Shown piece after piece: positions 10,047-19,745 of a stretch of 64,000 nucleotides of DNA. Under the pieces are notes generated by a model that saw nothing but the letters and a program-made list of their open reading frames with translations, did not search any database and had not been told where the DNA came from. The translations under genes were made by a program, and so were the position numbers. Source of the DNA: an uncultured Gammaproteobacteria bacterium (GTDB taxonomy: Bacteria; Pseudomonadota; Gammaproteobacteria; Steroidobacterales; Steroidobacteraceae); NCBI GenBank assembly GCA_963787695.1, contig CAWBDX010000003.1:254973-318972 (forward strand), in the 5' to 3' direction. The stretch's first letter is position 1. Each line of letters begins with the position of its first letter.

Positions 10047-10066
10047 CGCGAGGATAGGACTCGCCA

Positions 10067-10915
10067 CTACGAGGCGCCTACTTCGGAGCGAAGCGCCAGA
10101 TACACGTCGGTCAGTAGTTCGTTGACGGGGGTTTGGTCGGGGTCGTTCAGGAACTGGTGGAACGCGGGAAAGTCTGCCGGTTCGCGGCCTGACGCGGGAA
10201 GCCATTCCCCGACTAAGTACTGCGTCTTGGGTTCGAGGCCATCGTACGATCCTGCATGCCGCACGTGCGCATAATCTCCTGCCGGCAAGCCAAAAACACG
10301 AAACGGCGCGGGAGCGGTTACGACGCCGAGCGCCAAGCAGGCATCGTAGCGAAGCTCGACCTCCGGAACGCTTTCGGGGTCGTCCAGCGGAACTCCGAAT
10401 ATGCCTACGAGGTCCTTGAGCGCGTTTGTCGCTTCGGCCCACGACCAGACCGTTCCAAAGGTTGCGTTCAAATCGGTATAGGCCCTGCCCTCCCGCCGCA
10501 GCGCCACAACCATGATCTCGCCTCGTTGTTCGATCTTAACCTTCAAATCAAGGTTGCTCACTTTGTCGGTTGGCGTTGCCTGGGTGCGCTGTTCACTAGG
10601 CGTCATGCCTGTGTGGCGCCGAAAAGCTCGAGCGAAGCTCTGCGGAGTGCCGAAACCGACGGCGAGTGCGGTTTCCGTGACGTTTGCATTCTTGGTCTGG
10701 AGTAACTCCCGGGACACCTCCAACCGCAGGCGCAACAGCGTCTGGCGGACGGTTTCGCCGGTCAGCGCGCGCCAAATCCGGTGAAAGTGAAACGGCGAGA
10801 CCGCCGCTGCCTTGGCCAACTCCTCCAATGAGGGCGGATTGTCGAGTCTTTCCGACAGGAGGGTGGCGGCTCTTTCCAGCCTGCTTCTCCAGCGGATAAG
10901 TTTCACTTCGTTCAC
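10067..10915 (-). CDS. AraC family transcriptional regulator with a GyrI-like effector-binding domain
   Basis: N-terminal AraC double HTH (LEELAKAAAVSPFHFHRIWR...VGFGTPQSFARAFRRHTGMTPS) followed by a GyrI-like C-terminal domain. Confidence 0.9.
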   Translation of the reverse strand: MNEVKLIRWRSRLERAATLLSERLDNPPSLEELAKAAAVSPFHFHRIWRALTGETVRQTLLRLRLEVSRELLQTKNANVTETALAVGFGTPQSFARAFRRHTGMTPSEQRTQATPTDKVSNLDLKVKIEQRGEIMVVALRREGRAYTDLNATFGTVWSWAEATNALKDLVGIFGVPLDDPESVPEVELRYDACLALGVVTAPAPFRVFGLPAGDYAHVRHAGSYDGLEPKTQYLVGEWLPASGREPADFPAFHQFLNDPDQTPVNELLTDVYLALRSEVGAS

Positions 10916-11080
10916 GCGACGCCTCCATCAGGATAGCTAATTGATCCATCCTTCTACCTGCTTCACTCAGGTTGCGCGGTCCACAGCTTGCGGTTTACAT
11001 CATGGCGTCTCAGGTGGGTGTTAAGCGTTCACCAGACACTTCCGCGGAGGGTCGAGTAGCGACTGACGAGGCAATCCGCC

Positions 11081-11872
11081 TCATTTGTGTTTGAACGAAT
11101 CCTGCAAGCGCCGATTGAGCGCTTCAAAATCCGCGACCAGCCTGTCGCATGCTTCTTGCGTCGATTCACATAGAACATTCATGTTCATGCTCACGCCCTT
11201 GTCCCCTTTTACGGCGGTTCGCTTGACCGCCGACGGATACGCCGGATCTCCTGCCGGCGCAAACGACCACAGCGTAAAATGACTCTTGTCTTCTGCAATT
11301 GTCCATCCATTCGACTCGCTAAACTTTACATCGGTCCTTGAGTGCAAATCGGCCAGCGCCGCGGCCACCGACGGATACCCGATGCTCGATACTCTGCCTT
11401 CATTACTTACCGGATACCTCAGCACCAACTCGCCATCCGTATGCTCCAGACCACTCGGCACCAGCGGGATGAACAATCGTACTTCCTTGACCCCAACCGG
11501 AACCACGAAACTCTCGTTGATGACTAAGGTGCCCTCCCCCCGCGCCACGGGTCGACTCTGTTGCCCATTACCAGGCGATAGGCTCTTATTATTCTCATCC
11601 TGAATCACCAGGACAATGGCGCCCGTATCGGCGATCGATAACCTATAAGAGACCGTGACGTTGAATTCCACGGCTTGTCCCACCGTCACGGCGGTTCCAG
11701 GCGACGGCACCGCCGACACCAATTGAATCGAATAGCCTGCGGCGGCGCCATTTACAAACGACCATGGCAGAGCGGGCTCGGCGGCAAAAGCCGGGAGTGC
11801 GAGAGTCCACAGGACTGAGGAGTGCGCCAAAAATCCGCTAACGCAATTGAGTTCCCGAATTTCCATCGCCAA
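11081..11872 (-). CDS. Hypothetical secreted protein
   Basis: Long ORF with a signal-peptide-like N-terminus (VLWTLALPAFAAEP). No family recognised. Confidence 0.6.
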   Translation of the reverse strand: MAMEIRELNCVSGFLAHSSVLWTLALPAFAAEPALPWSFVNGAAAGYSIQLVSAVPSPGTAVTVGQAVEFNVTVSYRLSIADTGAIVLVIQDENNKSLSPGNGQQSRPVARGEGTLVINESFVVPVGVKEVRLFIPLVPSGLEHTDGELVLRYPVSNEGRVSSIGYPSVAAALADLHSRTDVKFSESNGWTIAEDKSHFTLWSFAPAGDPAYPSAVKRTAVKGDKGVSMNMNVLCESTQEACDRLVADFEALNRRLQDSFKHK

Positions 11873-11978
11873 CCTCCCCGTTCATGGGCGGCGTCCCATT
11901 GTATCCGCGCCGGCCAATCCACGGGAAATCGACTCCTTCGTTCATGATCCGATAGAATCCCGGCAGAGTGACTTCAAA

Positions 11979-12287
11979 ATGACCCCTCTCGACAACACCC
12001 TAAAACGTGCGCTGAAGATCAATGGCCGCGACTACGTCATCACCTTCGATCCGCACGTACTGAAGATCACAGAGAAAGGGCGCCGCCTTGGACTTGAACT
12101 CAAATGGGCGGAAATTGTCAGCGGAGAAACCGCCCTCGCTGTCGCGCTTCACGCTTCGCTCGGCAAATTTCAAGATGTGCCCAAAGCAGTTGTGGGCAAG
12201 ACAAAGCAAACTTTCAACCCAAGTGTCCGCGCCAAGACGCCCAACAGGAATCGCCCCGTCACCAAGAAACGCACCTCACGGCGATAA
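11979..12287 (+). CDS. Hypothetical protein with a basic C-terminal tail
   Basis: ORF 11847..12287 trimmed to ATG 11979 to remove the overlap with the divergent gene. No family recognised. Confidence 0.45.
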   Translation: MTPLDNTLKRALKINGRDYVITFDPHVLKITEKGRRLGLELKWAEIVSGETALAVALHASLGKFQDVPKAVVGKTKQTFNPSVRAKTPNRNRPVTKKRTSRR

Positions 12288-12322
12288 AGCCACCAGAACG
12301 ATGCCGTTCGGATGCATCGACC

Positions 12323-13096
12323 TCAACAATTTCTGCGACTGGAATGAGCAAACGCCGGCGTCTCATCGTCATCCTCTTCGCTGACTGCGAGCACGCGTTG
12401 CAAGTACGCCAGCGCCGCGGCGGGCTCATCGATGAACGAAAATAGTTGCAGGTCGTCCGCGCTGATGACCTCGTGGCGCAGCAGCGCTTGAAAATTGATG
12501 ATCTCGTTCCAATAGCTTGTACCGTACAACACGACCGGAATGCGGCGTTCGAGTTTTTTTGTTTGGGCCAAAGTAATGATCTCGGTCATCTCATCGAGCG
12601 TGCCAAAGCCGCCGGGAAATACAATAACCGCGCGGGCGAGGTGGGCAAACCACAGTTTGCGCATGAAAAAATAGTGGAATTCGAATCCCAGACCCGGCGT
12701 GATGAAGGCGTTGGGGCGCTGTTCATGCGGCAAACTGATATTGAGGCCAATGCTGCGCCCACCGGCATCGGCGGCGCCGCGATTGGCCGCTTCCATGATA
12801 CCGCCCCCGCCGCCCGAACACACAACGTAGCGACCATTCGGTGATGAAAGACTCATGGACCATTCAGTGATGAGGCGCGCGAGGGTTCGCGCTTCCTCAT
12901 AGTATCGCCCTAAGGCATCGTTCTCTTGCAGCCGGGCTGAGCCAAAAAAGACAATCGTGTCCTTGATTTGCTCGCGGCAAAATGCTTCGAGCGGCTCTAA
13001 GTACTCGGCGAGTATCCGTAGCGGCCGGGCCGCGTCACTGTCGAGAAACGCCTCATTGAGATAGGCAATCCGCGACTTTGATTCATCTGTCGGCAC
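12323..13096 (-). CDS. LOG family (TIGR00730) Rossmann-fold nucleotide-binding protein
   Basis: Diagnostic motifs GGGGGIMEAANRGA and PGGFGTLDEMTE. Confidence 0.9.
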   Translation of the reverse strand: MPTDESKSRIAYLNEAFLDSDAARPLRILAEYLEPLEAFCREQIKDTIVFFGSARLQENDALGRYYEEARTLARLITEWSMSLSSPNGRYVVCSGGGGGIMEAANRGAADAGGRSIGLNISLPHEQRPNAFITPGLGFEFHYFFMRKLWFAHLARAVIVFPGGFGTLDEMTEIITLAQTKKLERRIPVVLYGTSYWNEIINFQALLRHEVISADDLQLFSFIDEPAAALAYLQRVLAVSEEDDDETPAFAHSSRRNC

Positions 13097-13098
13097 GA

Positions 13099-14568
13099 CT
13101 ATTTAAGCGCCGCGAAATCGATGAAGCCGCGAGCCACGTCCACATGCAGCAACTGGACGTGCACATGATCGCCCACATCGAATCCTTGGAAACCTTTGAC
13201 AACCCGGCCTTCGGCTGGCGGGTTCTCGATGCGCACCCACGTTCCTTTCTCCGAAGCGCCGGTCACTATGCCTTCAAAGCGCGCGCCGATTCGAGAGCCC
13301 AAAAGCATGGCGGCGACGGACTTCTCGATTTGCCGCTCCACCTTCTTGGCGTTGCCCTCCTGCTCCGTACAATGAGTCGCCAAAGCCGGCAATTCCATAT
13401 CGCTGTACGGAGCCGGTTGATTGCCCAAGACCGCCTTTAGCAGGCGCTGTGTCAGCAAGTCAGGAAATCGCCGGTTGGGGGCGGTCGCATGCGTATAGTC
13501 ACGCAAGGCCAAAGCAAAATGACCTTCCGGCGTCTGCCCAGGCCGTTCTGCGATATATTCACCGGCACCTAAGCATTTGATGACCGCGAGCGAGAGGTCA
13601 GCAAACTGCGCCGGATTACTTTGTCGGCGCTTCGTCAGAAACGCATTGAGGGCAACCGCGTCGGGCTCGTCAGGCAACTTGTCCCCGAGGTCCTTGGCCA
13701 GCTGCACGATCCGGTCCCACCTCTTTGGAGTTCTCAGGATTCGCCGCAGCGAGGTGCGGCCATGCTGTTGTAGATACTGCACTGCCGCAGCGTTCGCGGC
13801 GATCATGAATTCCTCAATAAGCTCCTGGGCACGGTTCCTGGGATCCGGCTGTAAATCGACCAAAACACCGGCTTGGTACACTGCCCTATTCTCGGCGGTA
13901 TCAAACTCGAGTGCGCCTTTGCTCTGGCGTTGACGTTTCAATGCCTGCGCAATGTCATCTTGCATGCGCAGTTGCCCATCGAGTCCAGCGACTGCGGTCA
14001 ACGGCGCCGGCGCTGCTCCTGCGCCCTGCAGCCACGCAGCGACGCTGCGATACGCGAGCTTCGCGCGATTGCGCACCAGCGCTCGATAAAGCCTCGACTG
14101 CCCAAGCGTACCATCGGAATTTACGGTCATCTCCATCACCAAACACAGCCGATCCTGATCTTGCGCAAGAGAAGTCAAATTGGTGGACAACCGTTCCGGC
14201 AGCATGGCGTAGATTGCGGCGGCCGTGTACACGGAGGTGGTATTGGCGCACGCATGCTCATCGATGGCCGAGCCGATTTTGACCACACTGTCCACATCCG
14301 CGATTCCCACCATCAATTTGAATTGCCCCCCGGGCAGTGGCTCCGCGACCTCGATCTGATCCAGATCCAAGGACTCATCATTGTCGACCGAAGACCACAG
14401 AAGGCTGCGCAGATCCTGAAGGTCCGTGCCAGGAGCGCTTACCGCGGCGGTTGCGGAATTCGCCTCCGCCAAAGCCGCGGTCGAAAAATTGGGCTGTAAC
14501 CCATGGGCGCGCATCGCATCGCTCGCCAAGCGATGCAGTTCATCGGTTTGAGCCGCGGTGATAGGCAT
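13099..14568 (-). CDS. RNB-domain 3'-5' exoribonuclease (RNase II/R family) with a C-terminal S1-like domain
   Basis: RNB-type segments are present (SLDLDQIE, GIADVDSVV, NTTSVYTAA). The C-terminal GIVTGASEKGTWVRI resembles an S1 fold. It ends 2 nt before the LOG start. Confidence 0.85.
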   Translation of the reverse strand: MPITAAQTDELHRLASDAMRAHGLQPNFSTAALAEANSATAAVSAPGTDLQDLRSLLWSSVDNDESLDLDQIEVAEPLPGGQFKLMVGIADVDSVVKIGSAIDEHACANTTSVYTAAAIYAMLPERLSTNLTSLAQDQDRLCLVMEMTVNSDGTLGQSRLYRALVRNRAKLAYRSVAAWLQGAGAAPAPLTAVAGLDGQLRMQDDIAQALKRQRQSKGALEFDTAENRAVYQAGVLVDLQPDPRNRAQELIEEFMIAANAAAVQYLQQHGRTSLRRILRTPKRWDRIVQLAKDLGDKLPDEPDAVALNAFLTKRRQSNPAQFADLSLAVIKCLGAGEYIAERPGQTPEGHFALALRDYTHATAPNRRFPDLLTQRLLKAVLGNQPAPYSDMELPALATHCTEQEGNAKKVERQIEKSVAAMLLGSRIGARFEGIVTGASEKGTWVRIENPPAEGRVVKGFQGFDVGDHVHVQLLHVDVARGFIDFAALK

Positions 14569-14853
14569 GCGCGAATGATATCGGCTTCCGGCTCGAATCG
14601 CGATGTGCCTTCCTCAGTGTCGGCCCCATCGGCCAAGACAAAGCTGTGACAAACATGCAGCCTCACACAAACGCCCTTTGGCATGCAGCGGCGGAGAGAC
14701 AGTTGACACGGGTCCGCCATCATGAGTATGGTCGATCCGCGCGCTGGTCCCATGGGATCGACGGGAAAAGTCGCGATCGATACCAACTTCTGCGGCACGG
14801 CGCTTCGATGGTCCAGCCAAGTCGTCCTTCTTTGCAAACGGTAAGGAACGGAA

Positions 14854-16278
14854 ATGACGAAAAGTCACTCTCTGGTTTGCAAAACTGTCGCCGGAATCGT
14901 GGCCGCGGCATTGACATTGTGTGCCATCACAGCCTGTCAAGCAGCGACCGCGCCCGTGGATCCAGGCGTGCGTGGCGGTGCGCCGGGTGCTGGGACTGCC
15001 CTTAACGGCCTGAGCGCGGATGAGACCGCGTTTTTCCAAGATGGGCACACCAGGTTTGTCGAAGTAGAGTCCGTGACCGGAGGCCAAAATAATGGACTGG
15101 GGCCTCGCTTCAACTCTAATAGCTGCCTGTCATGCCACGCGCAGCCGAGTGGCGGCGGATCCAGCCCCGCAGTCAACCCTTCGATTGCGATCGCCACGCT
15201 AAACGGGGCAAAAAACATCGTGCCATGGTTCATTACGCCAAATGGTCCCATCCGCGAAGCACGCTTTAAGCAAAATCCTGACGGAACCAACGACGGCGGC
15301 GTACACAACCTATTCGTCATCACCGGCCGCAGCGACGCCGCGGGTTGCAACATCGCGCAACCGAACTTTCTACCTGCTGGAAACGCGCTGACCGGCCAGA
15401 ATGGCAATCCGAATATCATCTTCCGCATCCCCACCCCTGTATTTGGTGCCGGCCTGATAGAGGCGATACCCGATTCGGCAATTCTCGCCAACATGAACGC
15501 GAACTCGAATATTAAGAAGCAGCAGGGGATTTCCGGGCACCCGAATGCGCATCTGAGCGGTAACGCAAATCACAGTGCCAACGACGGCACTATCACCCGC
15601 TTTGGGTGGAAGGCACAGAACAAGTCCCTCCTGATGTTCGCCGGCGAGGCATATAACGTTGAGATGGGGGTCACGAACCAGTTGTTCCCGCAGGAGCGCG
15701 ATGAGACTCCAGGCTGCGTCTTGAACCCGACGCCGGAGGACACGCTTAACTTCACTACACCATCGACGTCGACCCCAAACCAAAATACTGCCGTGGTCTC
15801 AGACATTGAGGCGTTTGCAGACTTCATGCGGATGCTGGCTCCGCCAACGCCCGCTCCCGATACGCCGTCGATCGTGAATGGACGGACCTTGTTCGCAACG
15901 ACAGGCTGCGCCTTCTGCCATACCCAGTCGTTCACCACGGGCAAAGCGATCGCAAGCGGATCTTCGACCCTCCCGAGCCTGGCGCTGTCCAACCAACCCG
16001 TGAACCTCTGGTCCGACCTTCTCGTCCACCACATGGGAGAAGGATTGGCAGACGGCATCACGCAGGGCGGCGCGGGCCCCGATGAGTTTCGAACCGCTCC
16101 ACTTTGGGGAGTTGGGCAGCGCGTCTTCTTCTTGCACGACGGACGAACGACGGATCTGGTCAAGGCGATTGAGGCTCACAAAAGCCATGGCAGCGAGGCA
16201 AGTGCAATTATCGAGCGTTTCAACAGGTTGAGCGTTACGCAGCAGCAAGAGATCATTAATTTCTTGCGCTCTCTCTAG
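14854..16278 (+). CDS. DUF1111 family di-haem oxidoreductase (putative peroxidase), lipoprotein signal
   Basis: Two CxxCH haem-binding motifs (CLSCH, CAFCH). The N-terminal signal has a Cys (LTLCAITAC). Overall length and pattern fit DUF1111. Confidence 0.85.
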   Translation: MTKSHSLVCKTVAGIVAAALTLCAITACQAATAPVDPGVRGGAPGAGTALNGLSADETAFFQDGHTRFVEVESVTGGQNNGLGPRFNSNSCLSCHAQPSGGGSSPAVNPSIAIATLNGAKNIVPWFITPNGPIREARFKQNPDGTNDGGVHNLFVITGRSDAAGCNIAQPNFLPAGNALTGQNGNPNIIFRIPTPVFGAGLIEAIPDSAILANMNANSNIKKQQGISGHPNAHLSGNANHSANDGTITRFGWKAQNKSLLMFAGEAYNVEMGVTNQLFPQERDETPGCVLNPTPEDTLNFTTPSTSTPNQNTAVVSDIEAFADFMRMLAPPTPAPDTPSIVNGRTLFATTGCAFCHTQSFTTGKAIASGSSTLPSLALSNQPVNLWSDLLVHHMGEGLADGITQGGAGPDEFRTAPLWGVGQRVFFLHDGRTTDLVKAIEAHKSHGSEASAIIERFNRLSVTQQQEIINFLRSL

Positions 16279-16362
16279 CTATAGCTAGCCCCGATGAATA
16301 GGGACGGCTGGCACATTTGGTACTCGTCCGGACCTGAACTGAGAGCATCCGGCGTCGAGCGT

Positions 16363-16776
16363 TTATAAACCCAGCGCGCCGACCGCGAGATTGTACTGTT
16401 CCGGGCGTACGTAAATAACGTATCCGAAGCTGCCCCTGCCGTCGGCTACTCCCGTCGAGGCATACACGTTGACATTGGCCCTCGTAAGTTTCATGTGCAA
16501 CTCGGCCAAGGCTCCAAGCTCATCATCACCCTGCACGAGCAGCGCCGGATGGGGTCCATCGAGTACGAGACGATGCCTATTTGCTTCGTTGGTAAGCTTG
16601 GCGGAATCCTCCGGGAAGATCGTCAGCTGCGTATGCAGTGGCCCTATCGGCACGGCCGTAAATGCCAGCAAGTTCACCCCCAAGTTGGCAAGCGTCGCCA
16701 GTAATTTGTACGCCTCTCCAGGATCGTCTCTTACGGTTGTGGAGAAGTAGTCGATACGCCGTACGTGGAAAGCCAT
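16363..16776 (-). CDS. ACT-domain-like small-molecule-binding protein (tentative)
   Basis: Trimmed to ATG 16776. There are two beta-alpha-beta-like repeats (YFSTTVRDDPGEAYKLLATLANLGVNLL; LLVQGDDELGALAELHMKLTRANVNVY). Confidence 0.55.
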   Translation of the reverse strand: MAFHVRRIDYFSTTVRDDPGEAYKLLATLANLGVNLLAFTAVPIGPLHTQLTIFPEDSAKLTNEANRHRLVLDGPHPALLVQGDDELGALAELHMKLTRANVNVYASTGVADGRGSFGYVIYVRPEQYNLAVGALGL

Positions 16777-16883
16777 AGTTGCCTCCAGGAACCCATGCAC
16801 GATCCTCCCGTCGTTCATAGAGCAAGTGCGCCGGAGCACCAGAATATAGCTCGCGGCAAGTTCAGCGTATGCGCGAGCGGGCG

Positions 16884-17663
16884 TTACAAAGGGTTGTTCG
16901 GAAAGATCATTGTCCGCCACATGTGCGCAACGGGGCTGTTATCGTATCCGAGCCCTTCCTTCGGCTGTTTGAAGTGGCGACCGATGATATCAATGAACGG
17001 ATCCAGCGAAACCCTCATCGTCGGATCGAAGGCGTAGAGGTCGTGCACGGTGATCATGCGCGCGTTCATGTACGACTTGCTGTTGCGGGCATACTCGTAG
17101 GCTCGCTTGATGTAGGCGGGTGGCACATAGTCCTTGCCGTAGATCCGGTTATACAACTCCGGGTACTCGTAGCCGACCGAGGGATCCGGGTAAAAGCGCA
17201 ACGCCTGGTGATAGCGCAGGCCCCAACTGACTTTCTCCGAAACGTAGGGCTCGTACATTTGCGCGCCCCACCAGCCGTGGTCCACTTTGATCAGGTTCTG
17301 CACCGTATCATGAATGAGACAGGCAAGGACCATTTCCTCTTTCTCACCCTTTCGCAGCGCGTCAGTCGCGCTTTGCAGGACGTGTGTTGCAGGTGCGAAC
17401 CGATACTGGAAAAAGTCCACCAGCGTGGGTTTCTCCGGCATCGACTCCAGCTTCTTGAGCTCCGTTGGGTCGTTGAGCGGCCCCGGCGCGCCAAACAGGG
17501 TTCCCGCACCGCGCCGCATCTTGAGCTCATTGGTAGTCGTCTCTGCGTCGAGTTTTTGCGCCGCGTGTTGCTCGAGTGCGTCGGCGAGCGCCTCGGAGGA
17601 CATGGCATTGATAGCGGCTGCCGTTCCCAGGGTGGCAAGGAAGGCTCGACGATCTATATTCAT
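16884..17663 (-). CDS. Tat-signal protein with an HD / inositol-oxygenase-like metal-binding domain (tentative)
   Basis: Trimmed to ATG 17663. Twin-arginine motif (DRRAFLATLG), then LIHDTVQ...DHGWWG...RYHQALRFYPD, which is reminiscent of HD/MIOX-type di-metal sites. Confidence 0.55.
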   Translation of the reverse strand: MNIDRRAFLATLGTAAAINAMSSEALADALEQHAAQKLDAETTTNELKMRRGAGTLFGAPGPLNDPTELKKLESMPEKPTLVDFFQYRFAPATHVLQSATDALRKGEKEEMVLACLIHDTVQNLIKVDHGWWGAQMYEPYVSEKVSWGLRYHQALRFYPDPSVGYEYPELYNRIYGKDYVPPAYIKRAYEYARNSKSYMNARMITVHDLYAFDPTMRVSLDPFIDIIGRHFKQPKEGLGYDNSPVAHMWRTMIFPNNPL

Positions 17664-17757
17664 ATTGGCGTCCTCCTGCAGCCTATGGAGGCTACCGCTG
17701 AAGCGCGCGGTATTCAACATGAATCTGGGACTTGCACTTTATCGTGCGCGCATTGAC

Positions 17758-19365
17758 TCAGTCAGCAGTGACGACCGGAAACATCGCTCCCGTGATGACG
17801 CCCTGACCATCGACGTCAACGCGCCATTCGGAAGAGCCCTGTTCGTGCTTAGCCTCAAAAACGTCGAAACTACTCGCATCCACGGAACGAAAAACAAGCG
17901 ACTTGAGGCTCCCAAGGGGAGCGAGGGTGAGCTGCAGTTTCGGCAGATCTTTGGCTACCTGGCCGGCGAGTTGTGGGCTAAGCTTATCGAGGTCCGGGTG
18001 GCCGCTTTGGATACCGTCAATGAAATGTCGGACCGCCGCCTCGCTTCCCGCGGCGGGAGTCTGGCTTTGCAGTCTCGCGAAGCGGGTCGCTTCAATCTGC
18101 TGAGCGCCGGCCGAATCGATCCGCGGCATGGCGGTTCGAGCACCGTTTTGCAATAGCACCGCCGTAATCGGTCGGCCCTGGGCATCGGTCAGAAACTCGA
18201 TTTTGGCGTCGAATTTTGTGTTGGCGTAGAAGAACCGGGTTGAACCTTCCGGATACACGGCATCCGCTTCCCTCTCACTCGAAAATCGGACATTTAGATG
18301 ATCGTTCTCCCGCGTAACCGCCAGCACTGCATTGTCAGCAGCCTTGTAATACCCCACAAACGCGTCCAGCGCGCTTGGCGCGAGTTTCACCAATACTGCT
18401 TGGCCTACGCCGGCGGCTGCTTGGGTACCTGCTGGCGGAGGACCGCTCCTCGGAGCGACTTGGATCGCAAGCGCCGCGACTGCTAGTGAAAGCCCTGCGA
18501 ACCCAAGAGCGATCATTCGCGCTGAGCGGACGGGTTTATTGATCATGATTGCGATCCTCTCTTCCAGAAATGAGGGGGACTCTGACATTGCGATCGCGGT
18601 GCCGATGATTCGCGAGTGCCGCTGACCGATAGCGAGCAAGGTTTCGCCATAGCGAGTCGCATCGTGGCCGGCGCTGAGGACCCGAGCATCGCAGTCGATT
18701 TCAACGGCTTTCCGCAAGCGCCTGAGCTGCCACCACAACGGCACATTCCAAGGCACGAGGACGACGAGCGCTAGCGCCGCTGTCAGAAACTGCGGATCGT
18801 AAGCTTCGATGTGTGATGTTTCATGCGCAAGAACGAAGGCCTTCTGTGCCGGCGGGCTCTGCTTGAGCCACGTGGGCACAACGATTGTGGGGGAAATAAA
18901 TCCCATTACCGCAGGGCCCCAATTGGGGGCAAAGTAAACGGTCGACTGCTGCAGGTTGCCCTTTCTCCAGGTGCGTCTGCGACGCAGCCACGTCGCGTGG
19001 CTGATGACCAGTGCCGTAGCCAAGATGACTGAGAACGCAATCCATGCGTACACAAGAAAGGCATCGTATCGCTGCCAGGTATCCGTAACCGGTGTGCTCC
19101 GAAGCGATTGAGACAACTGCAGCAGAGCGAATTGGCTTGTAGTGCCGATCGGGGCTGCCCGGTGCTTGAAATCCATTGCCGGAGGACTCGTCCATTCGGC
19201 CGACAACATGCGCATCGCTGCGGGCAGCAAAAGCGATCCCAGGATTGCCAGCGCCCAAATCCACCGCGTTCGCGCCCGAACTGCCCGCGCCGCCCTCTCG
19301 GCGAAGAATGCGGCGGCGCACAGTATTGCGGTCATGCCGACGATACCAATCATCCACGCGAGCAT
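17758..19365 (-). CDS. M56 family (BlaR1/MecR1-like) membrane metalloprotease signal transducer
   Basis: Four N-terminal TM segments and the HExxH zinc motif (AHETSHIE). It lies directly downstream of a BlaI-type repressor gene. The C-terminal roughly 240 aa lack an SxxK penicillin-binding motif. Confidence 0.85.
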   Translation of the reverse strand: MLAWMIGIVGMTAILCAAAFFAERAARAVRARTRWIWALAILGSLLLPAAMRMLSAEWTSPPAMDFKHRAAPIGTTSQFALLQLSQSLRSTPVTDTWQRYDAFLVYAWIAFSVILATALVISHATWLRRRRTWRKGNLQQSTVYFAPNWGPAVMGFISPTIVVPTWLKQSPPAQKAFVLAHETSHIEAYDPQFLTAALALVVLVPWNVPLWWQLRRLRKAVEIDCDARVLSAGHDATRYGETLLAIGQRHSRIIGTAIAMSESPSFLEERIAIMINKPVRSARMIALGFAGLSLAVAALAIQVAPRSGPPPAGTQAAAGVGQAVLVKLAPSALDAFVGYYKAADNAVLAVTRENDHLNVRFSSEREADAVYPEGSTRFFYANTKFDAKIEFLTDAQGRPITAVLLQNGARTAMPRIDSAGAQQIEATRFARLQSQTPAAGSEAAVRHFIDGIQSGHPDLDKLSPQLAGQVAKDLPKLQLTLAPLGSLKSLVFRSVDASSFDVFEAKHEQGSSEWRVDVDGQGVITGAMFPVVTAD

Positions 19366-19378
19366 TGGGATTCTTCCT

Positions 19379-19735
19379 CTATGGTTTGTTCAGCAGCTTT
19401 TTGATGCGGCGAATCTGTTCTACCGTCATTTTCTGCTCAGATACCAGATGCGCGAACAGCAACTCGGACGAGCCCTTGAACAATTTGCCAGTCAGGTGGC
19501 GCACCGCACTTTTTTGCGCCGCTTCTTCCGGCACAGCGGCAAAGTAGCGGTAACCTCGGCCGACCTCCTCATGATCGACGTACCCCTTGCCCTCCAGCAC
19601 CCGCAAAATGGTGAGCACCGTCGTGTATGCCAATCTATCGCTGAGCGCTTCGCGGACCGCCGCAACGGAAGACGGGCCGTGATCCCAAAGCACCCGCATC
19701 ACGTCGGCTTCGCGGTCGGTAAGTGCAATATCCAT
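19379..19735 (-). CDS. BlaI/MecI/CopY family transcriptional repressor
   Basis: 118 aa. Winged-helix pattern (LTDREADVMRVLWDHGPSSVAAVREAL...YTTVLTILRVLEGKGYV). SD AGGAG lies before the ATG. Confidence 0.9.
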   Translation of the reverse strand: MDIALTDREADVMRVLWDHGPSSVAAVREALSDRLAYTTVLTILRVLEGKGYVDHEEVGRGYRYFAAVPEEAAQKSAVRHLTGKLFKGSSELLFAHLVSEQKMTVEQIRRIKKLLNKP

Positions 19736-19745
19736 CGGCTCTCCT

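Noticed and set aside
10047-10442. Upstream 130 codons of ORF 9660..10442(-).
   Set aside because: The sequence is Arg-rich nonsense and overlaps the well-supported AraC/GyrI gene in another frame. Only the SnoaL-like C-terminal 128 codons were kept.
16869-18156. Plus-strand ORFs 16869..17756 and 17314..18156.
   Set aside because: They are antisense to the Tat-HD gene and the BlaR1-like gene. They have low-complexity Arg/Ser/Val-rich translations and no motifs.
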